The notes beneath the pieces are model-generated. The model saw nothing but the letters and a program-made list of their open reading frames with translations, searched no databases and was not told the DNA's origin. Shown here piece after piece: positions 10,960 through 21,405 of a stretch of 64,000 nt of DNA. The stretch is taken from contig CAXXGO010000001.1 of NCBI GenBank assembly GCA_963666835.2, positions 1,152,001-1,216,000 on the forward strand, read 5' to 3'. How positions within the stretch are numbered: the stretch's first letter is position 1; the number at the start of each line of letters is the position of its first letter. The position numbers were made by a program, and so were the translations under genes. The DNA comes from Phycisphaerae bacterium. Its GTDB lineage: Bacteria; Planctomycetota; Phycisphaerae; UBA1845.

Positions 10960-11154
10960 GGCGCTTGGCCGGTGCATGAACGCTTTCGCCGATCCGTACA
11001 TGTTGCGGCCGGATGCGGCTCGGACTGTGGTGACGGGCAAGGTGTACAGCCAGCTTGTCCGTTGCCATGGCAGGCCGGGAGGGGGCCTTTCAGTCGGGCC
11101 CGGCATACGTGCAAACGAACCTCGGCTTGCCGGTGATTCCGAGCGTGAACCGCG

Positions 11155-11673
11155 CTAGCCCAGTCGAGTGAGCAGAGTCTTGAGGAACCCCATAGCGACG
11201 GGCGCCGGGACGCCTTCGATTGGCGGAGCAAGTTCGTCCAGGGCGAGCCCTTCGACGTAGTCACGTGCCCGGGTTCCGGCCTGTTTCAGCTCGGCTACCG
11301 CCGCGTCGGCCTCGTCGAGTCTGGAATCGCGCATGGCGAAGAGGAACGCCTCGACTTCTTGCTCCAGGTCCACCACGGTGCTCGAAGACGCAGGCCGGCG
11401 AGACCCTTCGGCGCCGGGCTCTTCGTCCGGGATCGGCGCATCGTCGTGTCCGACAGAGGCGATGAATGCGGTTGATTCCTCTCGAAGCTGTTTAGCGCGA
11501 AGTTCTTCCTCCGCATCCAGCGGCGCTAGCCGGAGTTCCTCCTCCTCGTCGCCGGCCGGAGTGGGAATGTACACGCTGCCCTTGCAGTAGGGGCAGCGCC
11601 CCTGTTTGCCACCGGCGTCGTCTGGGGCGCGAATCAACTTGGTACATGCCGGACAATGAAGTTCAATGCTCAT
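11155..11673 (-). CDS. Hypothetical protein with N-terminal zinc ribbon
   Basis: CPAC...CPYC at the N-terminus; downstream of der on the same strand. Confidence 0.8.
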   Translation of the reverse strand: MSIELHCPACTKLIRAPDDAGGKQGRCPYCKGSVYIPTPAGDEEEELRLAPLDAEEELRAKQLREESTAFIASVGHDDAPIPDEEPGAEGSRRPASSSTVVDLEQEVEAFLFAMRDSRLDEADAAVAELKQAGTRARDYVEGLALDELAPPIEGVPAPVAMGFLKTLLTRLG

Positions 11674-11744
11674 GTGGAAACCTCGTTGCCGAAACTCCAG
11701 ACCGGGCTTAAGGTCTCACGCGGACATCGTCTCCCGGTCGGATC

Positions 11745-13076
11745 CTACGGGGCTGTGGCGCTCCCACGCCGCGCTCTGAATATCAATCGTATCGGGATTT
11801 CCGCAAACGGCAAACTCTCGCGAAAACGGTTGAGCAGGAATCGTTGGTAGGTTTGAGTGACGAGGCTCGGGCTGTTTACGAACACGACTATCGTCGGAGG
11901 GAGCACCGACACCTGGGTCGCAAAGAAGAACTTCGGTACCCTTCGCCCTCTCTTGGGGCGGGGTGCGTTCGTTTGCATGGCCTCGTGCAACACCTGATTG
12001 AGCTGGCCGGTGCCGACCCGCATGTTGGACTGTTTGAACAGCTCCGCCGCCAGGTCGATCGTCGAGTCCAGGTTCTTTCCGGTTATTGCGGAGGTGAACG
12101 CTACCGGTGCGAAATCCACTCCCGGGAGGACTTTGCTAAGATAGTCGCCGTACTCCTCGGTCGACGTTCGTCCCTTCGCCAGGTCCCACTTGTTCACCAC
12201 AAGGATGCAGGGTCGGTACTCCTCCGAGATCATCTGGGCCAGCCGTTTGTCCACTTGTCCGATTGGCTCGGTCGAGTCGATAAGCAGAAGGACGACGTCA
12301 GCGCGCTGGACCGATGAAGTTGCCCTGGAATAGGCGTAGAACTCGATATCATCGGCGATTCTGCTCTTTTTTCGCACCCCGGCCGTGTCGATCGCCACCA
12401 GGGTGCGGCCGTCTTTTTCGAAGCGGATGTCAATGGCGTCCCGGGTAGTACCGGGCACTTCGCTGACGATGACGCGTTCCTCCCCGGCGAGGGCGTTGAT
12501 GAATGTGCTCTTGCCGGCATTACGTTTGCCGACCAGGGCGATCTTCATTACCGGGTTGGCAGGGATTTCATCACTTGCTCCGGCGACCGCCTCCCGGATG
12601 ATCTGTAAGACGTCTTCACGCCCGTAGCCCTTAGCCGCGCTGATCGGCAACGGCTCGCCGAAGCCCAGCCGGGCGAACTCGCCGATCCCGTCTCCCAGAT
12701 GAGGCTCGTCGACCTTGTTGGCCAGGATTCTGACCCGTTGCGTATAGCGTCTGAGGAGCTCGGCCGTGTTGCGATCCAAGGCGGTCAACCCGTCCCGGGC
12801 GTCCACGACGAAGAGGATCAGCCGGGCCTGCTGCACGGCGAACCGGATCTGCCGTTCAACGTGTTCACCTAGATCGTCGCGGTCGACGACTCCGTGGCCG
12901 CCGGTATCGACCAGCTCGAAGAACACATCATCGACTTCGTGTATGGCGCTGATCCGGTCGCGAGTGACCCCGGCCGTCGGCTCGACGATGGCGGTTCGGC
13001 GACGCGTGATGGTGTTGAAGAGGCTGCTCTTACCGACATTGGGGCGGCCGACGATGGCAACTACCGGAAGTGGCAT
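11745..13076 (-). CDS. der: Ribosome biogenesis GTPase Der (EngA)
   Basis: Two GTPase domains: GRPNVGKS/DTGG/NKVD and GKRNAGKS/DTAG/NKWD. Confidence 0.97.
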   Translation of the reverse strand: MPLPVVAIVGRPNVGKSSLFNTITRRRTAIVEPTAGVTRDRISAIHEVDDVFFELVDTGGHGVVDRDDLGEHVERQIRFAVQQARLILFVVDARDGLTALDRNTAELLRRYTQRVRILANKVDEPHLGDGIGEFARLGFGEPLPISAAKGYGREDVLQIIREAVAGASDEIPANPVMKIALVGKRNAGKSTFINALAGEERVIVSEVPGTTRDAIDIRFEKDGRTLVAIDTAGVRKKSRIADDIEFYAYSRATSSVQRADVVLLLIDSTEPIGQVDKRLAQMISEEYRPCILVVNKWDLAKGRTSTEEYGDYLSKVLPGVDFAPVAFTSAITGKNLDSTIDLAAELFKQSNMRVGTGQLNQVLHEAMQTNAPRPKRGRRVPKFFFATQVSVLPPTIVVFVNSPSLVTQTYQRFLLNRFRESLPFAEIPIRLIFRARRGSATAP

Positions 13077-13419
13077 AAGATCAACGCTTGTTTGAGTTTA
13101 CGGTCGGCAACCTCCGCGGCTAAGCGGAACTTGGCGCCAGGGGCGAAGCCAGATTAACGGCCTCACGGGCAACCGTCCACATCAGATCGAAGTCGACCTT
13201 ATTCATCTGCAGTTGTCAATACGGCACGCGATTGAGGGCCTTGGCGGGGATCGCCGGCGGAGATGGCAGTCGGGACTCGACACGCGGAGGATCGATGGGA
13301 CAATGGCCTCTGTTGGCAATGTGGGGCGTTTGATTTCGGGGCGCTTCCCGTGAGGACGTAGCGCGCACCGAGGCAAACACCTTTGGGCGGGCGAATCACA
13401 GAAAGGGAACCTGGCTGAT

Positions 13420-14781
13420 ATGAAGACCATCATCGAACCATTCCGCATCAAGACCGTCGAACCGATCCGCATGACCACGCGGGAGCAGCGCGAGAGGATT
13501 CTCCGCGAGGCCGGCATGAACGTCTTTCTGATAAAGGCGGAGAACGTGCTCATCGATCTCTTGACGGATAGCGGTACGGGGGCGATGAGCAGCGAGCAGT
13601 GGGCCGGGATTATGCGAGGCGATGAGTCCTATGCGGGGGCCACCAGCTTCCATCGCTTTTACGAGCAGGTGTTCAGCACGACCGGGTTTGAGCACATTCT
13701 GCCGACGCACCAAGGGCGGGCCAGCGAACGGATTCTGTTCGAGGTGGCCGCCGGACCGGGTATGGTTGTGCCGAATAACAGCCACTTCGACACCACACGG
13801 GCCAACGTCGAGCACTCCGGGGCGAAGGCTGTGGATCTGGTCATACCAGAGGGGCACGATGTGAAATCGCGGCACCCGTTCAAAGGAAACATGGACATTG
13901 GGAGGCTGGAGAGCCTGTTCAAGGAAGTCGGGGCGGAGCGGATTCCGCTGGTAATGGTGACCATCACGAACAACAGCGGTGGTGGCCAGCCGGTGAGCCT
14001 GGAGAATCTCCGGGCCGTACGCAAGGTCTGCGATACTTACTCCACGCCGTTCTTCCTCGATGCGTGCCGGTTCGCGGAGAACGCTTATCTGATCAAGCAA
14101 CGCGAACCGGGCCAGGACGGCAAGACGGTGGCGCAGATCGTTCGCGAGATGTTCGACTTGGCTGACGGGGCGACGATCAGTGCCAAGAAAGACGGCTTAG
14201 TCAACATTGGCGGGCTTCTCCTGCTTCGTGACGGCGAGACCGCCCGGAAGGCCCGTAATCTGCTGATCCTGACGGAGGGGTTCCCGACCTACGGTGGCTT
14301 GGCCGGACGCGATTTGGAGGCTATCGCCCAGGGGTTCGTCGAGGTTGTCCAAGAGGACTACCTGCAGTATCGCATTCGTAGCGTGGAGTACTTTGGGGAG
14401 AGGCTGTTGGCGGGGGGGGTTCAGATCATCGAGCCGCCGGGCGGGCACGCGATATACATCGACGCTTCGTCCTTCTGTCCGCACATCAAGGCGGAGAACT
14501 TCCCGGGGCAGGCCCTGGTATGTGCGCTGTATCGTCATGCCGGGATTCGTGGCGTTGAGATTGGCAGCTTGATGTTCGGCGGCGGGGGGCAGGCGCCGGA
14601 TATGGAGCTGGTGCGATTGGCGATGCCGAGGCGAGTCTATACGCAGAGCCATGTTGATTATGTAATCGAGGCGATCTTGGAGCTTAAGGCGGAGCGCGAT
14701 CTTATGAAGCCGCTCGAGATTGTGGAGGCGGCTCCGCAGCTTCGGCATTTTACCGCGAGACTCCGCGAGCTGGACAACTGA
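13420..14781 (+). CDS. tnaA: Tryptophanase (PLP-dependent beta-eliminating lyase)
   Basis: EPFRIK, IDLLTDSGTGAMS, GDESYAG, SAKKDG (PLP lysine). C-terminal LRHFTARL has His, as in TnaA, rather than the FF of tyrosine phenol-lyase. Confidence 0.88.
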   Translation: MKTIIEPFRIKTVEPIRMTTREQRERILREAGMNVFLIKAENVLIDLLTDSGTGAMSSEQWAGIMRGDESYAGATSFHRFYEQVFSTTGFEHILPTHQGRASERILFEVAAGPGMVVPNNSHFDTTRANVEHSGAKAVDLVIPEGHDVKSRHPFKGNMDIGRLESLFKEVGAERIPLVMVTITNNSGGGQPVSLENLRAVRKVCDTYSTPFFLDACRFAENAYLIKQREPGQDGKTVAQIVREMFDLADGATISAKKDGLVNIGGLLLLRDGETARKARNLLILTEGFPTYGGLAGRDLEAIAQGFVEVVQEDYLQYRIRSVEYFGERLLAGGVQIIEPPGGHAIYIDASSFCPHIKAENFPGQALVCALYRHAGIRGVEIGSLMFGGGGQAPDMELVRLAMPRRVYTQSHVDYVIEAILELKAERDLMKPLEIVEAAPQLRHFTARLRELDN

Positions 14782-14808
14782 CGTCGCCCGTGTCTTGGAG
14801 GTGCGCAG

Positions 14809-15381
14809 ATGCCGTCGGTGCCCCGGATTGACTCGTTGGAGCAACGTCGCGAACTCCTGAGGGTGGCCCGGGCGAACGCAACGCGGGCAAGTGGGGGTGC
14901 CGACGAGGTTACGAGCAAGATACGGGTCCCCGGCGTGTTTGGCGGGGCCTTTGTGACTTTCTGGGGGAAAGGCAAGAAGCTGCGCGGGTGTGTCGGCAGC
15001 TTCGGGCGTACCAGCGACATCGTGGAGACGATCCGAGAGGTGACGACTATGTCGATGACGGATTCGCGGTTTGCCGCGGACCCTATCTCGGCCACCGAGC
15101 TGCCGGAGCTGGATATTGAGGTCTCCATACTGTCCGATCTAGAGCTTACCGACGATCCGGCGAGCCTGACTCCCGGAGTTCACGGGATTGTCGTGCGGAG
15201 GGGCTCGCGGTCGGGGTGCTTTCTTCCCAAAGTGGCCGCGGAGCGAGGTTGGTCGGCCGAGCAGTTTCTGTCGGCATGTTGCACCATGAAGGCCGGACTT
15301 CCGGCGGACGCGTGGCGTGATTCGGGTGTGGAGGTGTTGCTGTTCACGGCACAGGTGTTCTCGGAGTCGAGCCCGGCGTGA
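14809..15381 (+). CDS. AMMECR1-domain protein (AmmeMemoRadiSam protein A-like)
   Basis: GAFVTF, LRGCVG, DSRF, IEVSILS, GCFLPKVA and KAGLP motifs. Confidence 0.9.
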   Translation: MPSVPRIDSLEQRRELLRVARANATRASGGADEVTSKIRVPGVFGGAFVTFWGKGKKLRGCVGSFGRTSDIVETIREVTTMSMTDSRFAADPISATELPELDIEVSILSDLELTDDPASLTPGVHGIVVRRGSRSGCFLPKVAAERGWSAEQFLSACCTMKAGLPADAWRDSGVEVLLFTAQVFSESSPA

Positions 15382-15442
15382 CGGCTTGAGGTTCGTGCCT
15401 TGTCCGGGGACATCTGGAGCATCGCAGGGTGGCCGGTTGAGA

Positions 15443-15823
15443 ATGGGTTGGAGCCGGATTCGCGCTATCGATCGGGTGCGTTTGGAAGCCTCTCCGGAGG
15501 TAGTGGACGGACTTCGCTGGTTCTACGGTGAGGTTGCCGGTTTGGAGGCCGACTTGGCGTCCTCTCCGGGCCGGTTGTGTTTCAAATCGGGGCGGATTGA
15601 GCTAACGATCAACCTCGTGGACCGGCCGAAGATCGAGCGAATCGCCCGCGTTGCCACCATCTCGGTGCGTTCTCTGGCGGAGGTGGGGGAGATGTTGGAC
15701 GAGGCCGGGGTGCCTTACGATCGAAGTAGGGGGCTGAGCTACACGGATCGGAGGATCTGGGTACACGATCCCGCGGGTAACAGGGTTGAGTTGAAGCAGG
15801 AATGGCCTGTCGTGTCGCTCTGA
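15443..15823 (+). CDS. VOC/glyoxalase-like protein
   Basis: RWFYGEVAGL and C-terminal WVHDPAGNRVEL. Start chosen at ATG 15443. Confidence 0.75.
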   Translation: MGWSRIRAIDRVRLEASPEVVDGLRWFYGEVAGLEADLASSPGRLCFKSGRIELTINLVDRPKIERIARVATISVRSLAEVGEMLDEAGVPYDRSRGLSYTDRRIWVHDPAGNRVELKQEWPVVSL

Positions 15824-16771
15824 CGGCAGGTAGGGGTCGGGTTGGCGAAAAACTGTCGGGAAAATCCGGAAAGTGGGATGACAGAGACCGTGGGGTCTTG
15901 TATATTGCTCAGGTCCTGCAGCGTTGAGCGTCCTGTCGTAGTCGCCACTCCGATCTGTTGGCTCCGTTTTCTATGTTCGACAGGCCTTGAGGGAAGCGGT
16001 CGTTAGATCGGCCTTGCCCGGACGCTGGCGTGGGGCGTTCTCCCCGGTGGCGTTTCACCCCCGAGTTGCGGGTTGGGAGTCGAGAGCCTGCCGACGAAGG
16101 TCGGGGGTCTCCGGGGCGACGTCCGTCGGCGGCGCGAGCCCAGTGCCGTGGTGGAGTCGTTGAGTTTGGCCCGGCGCGGGTTGACGCGGAACGCGCCGAG
16201 CCGCTTCTTTGGCTCAGACGATGGAGTTGGTTTTCGCAAGTCCATCGGTCGCCGTTGTTTAGCGGCGTATTGGGGTAGTGCTCGATAAAACGAGCCGGTT
16301 TTTCGGAATCGTTCGATCTAGCTGGGATACTCCACGCATAGGTCGAACGGTTATTAGTGGATGGTCCTGTCGCCGCTGAGGCAGCGTCGGATCATGCTGG
16401 AATCCCCCTACGATTCGGGGCAGTTGGATGGAATCTGGGATGCAGTAGCACTGGTGGACAGGGGTCGGTCGGCTTGCCCGTGGTGCGTGGTAAGTTGGCT
16501 GGGATCTTGCGAAGGCGGGAAAATCTGCCGAAACCACTGGACGTTAAGCGGGTATATGCCGATCATTTATTGGTAAACCACCCCAGCATCGCCGCATTGC
16601 GTCCTGAGATTGAGCGATTTATTCTTCGGTGCTGGCAGCTTTTTCCGACTAGCGTTGGAAGCGGTTCTGCCTTTTGAAGCGTTCTCTAAGACCTTAAGTT
16701 CCAGACCTGATAGACAAGCCAGATACGGATCTACGGATCTGAGGCATATCTCGATTGAGGAGGATTGTTTG

Positions 16772-18217
16772 ATGGCGAAAGCCACGACCAACAAGACGCG
16801 TACTTCCCGCAAGAAGGCCACCGGTTCCGCACGCTCTTCCAAGGCGGAGCCCCCGACATCCGAATCCGAGCCGGTGGAAGACACCGCGGAGGAGTTCGGT
16901 GAGGATTTGGACGGGCCGATCGACGCCGAGACCCACGCGAAGTACGAGGAGATCAAGCGGGGTGAGATTCACATCACCGAACTCCAGCGTATGACGGTGC
17001 AGGAGCTTCACGAAGTCGCCAAGACGGAAGGCCTTGACGAATACACCGGGCTGAAGAAGCAGGACCTGGTTTTCAAGATCCTCAAAGAGCGGATCAACCG
17101 CGACGGCTTGATGTATGGCGAGGGGGTGTTGGAGATCCTGCCCGACGGATTCGGGTTCTTGCGTAGCCCGGAGTACAACTACCTGCCGTGTCCGGACGAC
17201 ATTTACATCAGCCCGTCGCAGATTCGCCGGTTCGGCTTGCGGAACGGGCACATCGTCGCCGGCCAGATCAGACCGCCGAAGGAGTCCGAGCGCTATTTCG
17301 CGCTGTTGCGCGTGGAGGCGATCAACTTCGAGGATCCGAATGTCGTTACCGAGAAGACCAACTTCGAAGACCTGACGGTTCTGCACCCCGAAGAGCGGTA
17401 CATTCTCGAAACCACTCCGGACGAGATCAACATGCGGATTGTCGACCTGGTGACACCCATCGGGAAGGGGCAGAGGATGTTGATCGTGGCTCCGCCGCGG
17501 ACGGGTAAGACCGTCCTTCTTCGGAAGATGGCCAACGCCATTGCCGCTAACCAGCCGGACACGTACGTATTCGTCCTACTGATTGATGAGCGTCCGGAGG
17601 AAGTCACCGAGATGATCCGCTGCACCACGGCCGAAGTGGTCAGTTCGACGTTCGATGAGCCGGCTTCGCGGCACGTACAGGTTGCGGAAATGGTGATCGA
17701 GAAGGCCAAGCGTCTGGTCGAATTCGGGCGGGACGTGGTGATTTTGCTCGATTCGATTACGCGATTGGCCCGGGCGTACAACACCGAAGTACCCCATTCC
17801 GGCAAGATTCTCTCCGGTGGTATTGATGCCAACGCATTGCAGAAGCCGAAGCGCTTTTTCGGAGCGGCCCGTAACATGGAAGAGGGCGGTTCGCTGACGA
17901 TCATCGGGACCGCGCTGGTTGATACCGGCTCGAAGATGGATGAAGTTATCTTCGAGGAGTTCAAGGGCACGGGTAATAGCGAGCTGCACCTTGATCGGCG
18001 GCTGGTGGATCGGCGGGTGTGGCCGGCTATCGATGTGGCCGGTTCCGGTTCGCGCAAGGAAGAGCTGTTGATGGACCCGAAGGAGCTGGAGCTGGTCTAT
18101 CGGCTGCGGCGCGTGCTGACTGATATGAATGTCGTCGAGGCTATTGAGCTTCTGCGCGGCCAACTGCAGAAGTGTCGAACGAACGCCGAGTTCCTGATGA
18201 CCATGAACCTGGCGTAA
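16772..18217 (+). CDS. rho: Transcription termination factor Rho
   Basis: [53 protein letters not shown] upstream of ATG 16772. Confidence 0.98.
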   Translation: MAKATTNKTRTSRKKATGSARSSKAEPPTSESEPVEDTAEEFGEDLDGPIDAETHAKYEEIKRGEIHITELQRMTVQELHEVAKTEGLDEYTGLKKQDLVFKILKERINRDGLMYGEGVLEILPDGFGFLRSPEYNYLPCPDDIYISPSQIRRFGLRNGHIVAGQIRPPKESERYFALLRVEAINFEDPNVVTEKTNFEDLTVLHPEERYILETTPDEINMRIVDLVTPIGKGQRMLIVAPPRTGKTVLLRKMANAIAANQPDTYVFVLLIDERPEEVTEMIRCTTAEVVSSTFDEPASRHVQVAEMVIEKAKRLVEFGRDVVILLDSITRLARAYNTEVPHSGKILSGGIDANALQKPKRFFGAARNMEEGGSLTIIGTALVDTGSKMDEVIFEEFKGTGNSELHLDRRLVDRRVWPAIDVAGSGSRKEELLMDPKELELVYRLRRVLTDMNVVEAIELLRGQLQKCRTNAEFLMTMNLA

Positions 18218-18288
18218 GGCCATGGTAATGGTGGCGACCCCATAGTGACGTATATCTGCCACTCAGCGGCAAGGGAGATTCTTCGGTC

Positions 18289-18516
18289 ATGGATATAAGC
18301 ATTACGTACTGCGGGGAGTGAAACTACTACCCCACGGCCGCCGGTCTGGCGCGGGCGATAGACGCGGAGTTGAACGTCAAGGCGAGTCTGGTTACGGGAG
18401 GAGGCGGAGTCTTCGACGTGGTGGTCGACGGCACGAAAGTCTGGAGCAAGCATCAGTCCGGGCGGTTTCCGGAGCATGCGGAAGTGTTGGCCAAGATCGC
18501 GGCGTTGAACGGGTAG
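18289..18516 (+). CDS. Rdx/SelW-SelT-SelH family selenoprotein (75 aa, CxxU); TGA at 18319-18321 read as Sec
   Basis: MDISITYCGE-U-NYYPTAAGLARAIDAELNVKASLVTGGGGVFDVVVDGTKVWSKHQSGRFPEHAEVLAKIAALNG. GGGAG upstream. Not in the ORF track. Confidence 0.9.
18339..18351 (+). promoter_or_regulatory. Putative bacterial SECIS apical hairpin
   Basis: CGCC-GGTCT-GGCG with the loop 21 nt after the in-frame UGA; resembles the GGUC(U) loop of the E. coli fdhF SECIS. Confidence 0.65.
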
Positions 18517-18655
18517 GGCTGTTTCACAACCAGGTTCTCGGCTGTGCCATTGCTCTTGGGCAGTGCCGGGACCAGGCACGGTGCGGATTGTCGCAGGCTA
18601 GTTGTTACGGGCGAGCCGGCTGGTGCGGGCCGCTCGCTAACTGGGAGGTCATCTC

Positions 18656-19381
18656 GTGAGTGCTTCGATCACATGGTGCGGACATGCCACCTTCAGGCTC
18701 GAGTTACCGGACGGTCGGGTGCTGATGATCGACCCGTGGCTGACCGGGAACCCCGCATGTCCCAAGGAATTGCAGAACCCAGCGCGGTGTGATTTGATTG
18801 TTCTGACGCACGGTCACGCCGATCATGTCGGCGATGTGCCGCGGCTGGTGGAACGGTTCGACCCCGTTGTAGTCGGGAACTTCGATCTGTGTGCCGCGCT
18901 GGAGCAGCAGGTAGGCAAAGGACGCTTCTCCGGAATGAACACCGGCGGCACGCAGGTGGTTGACGGCGTGCGGGTCTCGCTTACTCAGGCGTTTCACTCT
19001 TCCGCGCTGGGTACGCCGCAAGGGCCGGCGTACGCCGGAATGCCGAACGGTGCGGTGGTGGCCGCCGAAGGCGTAGCCACCGTGTACCATGCGGGTGACA
19101 CCGACGTGTTCGGAGACATGAAGCTGATCCGGCAGCTTCTTGCGCCTCGGGTGTGTCTGCTACCCATCGGAGACTACTTCACAATGGGGGCGGCGGGGGC
19201 GGCTCTGGCTACGGAGATGCTCGATCCGGAAGTGGTCATTCCCTGCCACTACCGGACGTTTCCCATTCTTGCTCAAACTGCTGATAAGTTCCGCGCGGCG
19301 CTTCCGGAGGCCCTCAAGAGCCGGTTGGTAGTCGCGGAGGTGGGCCGGAGCTTGGCCTGGACGGCGACCGGGGTAGGCTAG
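18656..19381 (+). CDS. Metal-dependent hydrolase, metallo-beta-lactamase fold (UPF0173-like)
   Basis: WCGHATF, IDPWL, THGHADH, YHAGDT, LPIGDYFTMG, IPCHY. Confidence 0.92.
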   Translation: MSASITWCGHATFRLELPDGRVLMIDPWLTGNPACPKELQNPARCDLIVLTHGHADHVGDVPRLVERFDPVVVGNFDLCAALEQQVGKGRFSGMNTGGTQVVDGVRVSLTQAFHSSALGTPQGPAYAGMPNGAVVAAEGVATVYHAGDTDVFGDMKLIRQLLAPRVCLLPIGDYFTMGAAGAALATEMLDPEVVIPCHYRTFPILAQTADKFRAALPEALKSRLVVAEVGRSLAWTATGVG

Positions 19382-19502
19382 CCCGAGGTCTTGCCGATGG
19401 CGCGTCGGCCGGGAAAGGCCGACAGTCGTGCAGCGCGTTTTGAGGCAGGAGTTGCTCGCATCACGACGCGGTCAGGTTGCTTGCTCCATTCGGGCAGTCC
19501 AC

Positions 19503-20345
19503 ATGGAACCAACGCTTCGGACATTTACCGACGACGATCTCGGCTTCGCGCTTGCGCAAACGGCGCGCGAAGGGTGGAATACGACCGAGACCACGTTCCG
19601 AATGTGTTTGGCGCATGATCCCGGCGGCTGCTTCGTTGCGGAGGTGGACGGCGCTGCGGTGGGGATGATCACCGCAACGCAGTACGCGCAGACCGGTTGG
19701 GTCGGTAACCTGATCGTGGTTCCTACGCAAAGGCGGTGCGGGATCGGAGCCCGCCTGATGACCGAAGCCCTAGCCTACCTGGCCGCGCGGAACGTGCGAG
19801 CCGTTCGGCTCGAGGCCGACCCGATGGGGATCGGCGTATACCGCCGTTTGGGTTTCGAGGACCAATTCGAGTCGCTCAGGTTCTTCAGGACCGGGGCGGC
19901 ACCAGCCGGGGAGGTTCGCGATTCCATCGTCGAGCCTGCGGACCTGTCGGCAGTGGCGGCATTCGACCGGGAGTGTTTCGGAGATGATCGAGGTCGTCTG
20001 CTGAAGCTGTTGGCCGGGGTGTCCGACGCCACTTATTGGTTCGATGGTGAAGGCGGATCTCACGGTTATGCCATGGTGCTTACTTCGACATCCGGTGTGT
20101 CATTGGGACCATGGGGAGCAAGCGATGAGGCTGCGGCGTGCGGTCTGGTCGACGCGGCGATCCGAGATTACGGGGCGGGCCCGATAGTCGTGGGCGTTCC
20201 CGAAGTGAACCCCGCAGCGGTGGAAGTCCTCACGTCGCGCGGTTTCCGCCAAGTGGCGTCCTGTCTGAGGATGGTCCGGGGAGAGCAGGCCGGCGAAGCG
20301 AGTGCGGAGAGACTCTTCGGTATTGCGAACGGCGCTCTGGGCTGA
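19503..20345 (+). CDS. GNAT family N-acetyltransferase (two-domain)
   Basis: QRRCGIGARL and VYRRLGF motifs. Start chosen at ATG 19503. Confidence 0.85.
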   Translation: MEPTLRTFTDDDLGFALAQTAREGWNTTETTFRMCLAHDPGGCFVAEVDGAAVGMITATQYAQTGWVGNLIVVPTQRRCGIGARLMTEALAYLAARNVRAVRLEADPMGIGVYRRLGFEDQFESLRFFRTGAAPAGEVRDSIVEPADLSAVAAFDRECFGDDRGRLLKLLAGVSDATYWFDGEGGSHGYAMVLTSTSGVSLGPWGASDEAAACGLVDAAIRDYGAGPIVVGVPEVNPAAVEVLTSRGFRQVASCLRMVRGEQAGEASAERLFGIANGALG

Positions 20346-20468
20346 CCGGTTGCCCCAGGCCGTCTTACGCAGGGTCTGCGAGTCTCGCCCCCTCCACGGC
20401 AATCGCTCCGACGCCGGACAAGCCCTCTCCCGCCCGGTCACCATCCATCAACCCGACTTTGGTTCAGG

Positions 20469-21119
20469 TCATTGCTTCCGCGTGTAGGTTATCTCCATAA
20501 CCAGGGTCTCTTCGCCGGTGCGCAAATCGAACATCTCGAAGACGTGATGATCGTGATCTATGACGCGTGTTACGTATTTCGCCATATACCCGTGAACTCC
20601 GAGAACGGGCTCGTCCATCTGCCCGAAGAACGTGAGGGTATCGCCTTTGTCATTCCAGCTTCCCGTGGACGTGAAGAGCTGAGTGCTCATGTTGTCCACC
20701 CAAGCGCTGACGTACATCTTCCGGAAGTTGTCGTACCCGGTGAAACCAATACCGTTGAAAGGAACCTTCTCCATGTTCCCGTCCGGTCCGGGCATCAGGA
20801 AGTAGCTGCTGGTTTCGTCCATGATATACCGGCCGCCGAGCACCCACTTGACGGAAGCCGTTCCTTTAGTCTCCGCCGCAGGAGTACCGGGGCCACCCAT
20901 CCAAGTGCGAATCGCCAGATCCCACTCGCCGACGAACCGGTCCAGCTTCTTGTGGTGTTCGGCCGGCGTCGCGACAGCCTGCCAGATGGCCATCATCTCC
21001 GCCATCTCAGCCGCGCTCGGTTGTCCCGAGTGTCCGGGGTCTTCGGATAGGGCCTTGGGAGATCCCGCAATCGCTACGGCGACGAGCGCCGCCAAAGCCA
21101 ATGATATGCTTCGTTTCAT
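20469..21119 (-). CDS. Secreted DUF1579-like protein
   Basis: Signal peptide; TPAEHHKKLDRFVGEW, LGGRYI, GIGFTGYDN, WVDNMST. Confidence 0.8.
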   Translation of the reverse strand: MKRSISLALAALVAVAIAGSPKALSEDPGHSGQPSAAEMAEMMAIWQAVATPAEHHKKLDRFVGEWDLAIRTWMGGPGTPAAETKGTASVKWVLGGRYIMDETSSYFLMPGPDGNMEKVPFNGIGFTGYDNFRKMYVSAWVDNMSTQLFTSTGSWNDKGDTLTFFGQMDEPVLGVHGYMAKYVTRVIDHDHHVFEMFDLRTGEETLVMEITYTRKQ

Positions 21120-21236
21120 TGTATTGTCCCTCGAATCTACAGTGAACTGGAGCCACGCTAACGTCGCGGCTTACACCCGCATAGCCCCGCGAACGGACGG
21201 CCGTTCGCGAAACAAGTGCCTCAAACCGATCCGGGG

Positions 21237-21265
21237 AACCTAACAAGAACCGAACACCGTGTCAA
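21237..21265 (-). promoter_or_regulatory. Putative sigma70 promoter for the DUF1579-like gene
   Basis: TTGACA-17 nt-TAGGTT with TGn extension on the minus strand. Confidence 0.55.
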
Positions 21266-21405
21266 GGGGGGCGTAAAGGAAATTGTGCTAGCGGCGGGAC
21301 GCGGGCGAGGCTGTGGCGGTTTCGGACAGATGGCGTCTTGTCGTAGCGTGGTGCGGTAGGTCGGTAGTGACGGTGGCGGATACCCGCTTCGGTTACCGAC
21401 GCGGC

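Noticed and set aside
13420..14781. Tyrosine phenol-lyase assignment
   Set aside because: SAKKD and LRHFTAR fit tryptophanase better than SGKKD/LRFFTAR.
16610..16771. Long N-terminal extensions in the ORF track (rho; likewise nitroreductase, PKD protein, beta-helix protein, ABC-F, sensor kinase)
   Set aside because: Downstream starts match the family N-termini and mostly have better RBSs.
18097..18659. ORF-track calls 18097-18579 (-) and 18318-18659 (+)
   Set aside because: No motifs; the region is better explained by the UGA-recoded SelW-like gene.
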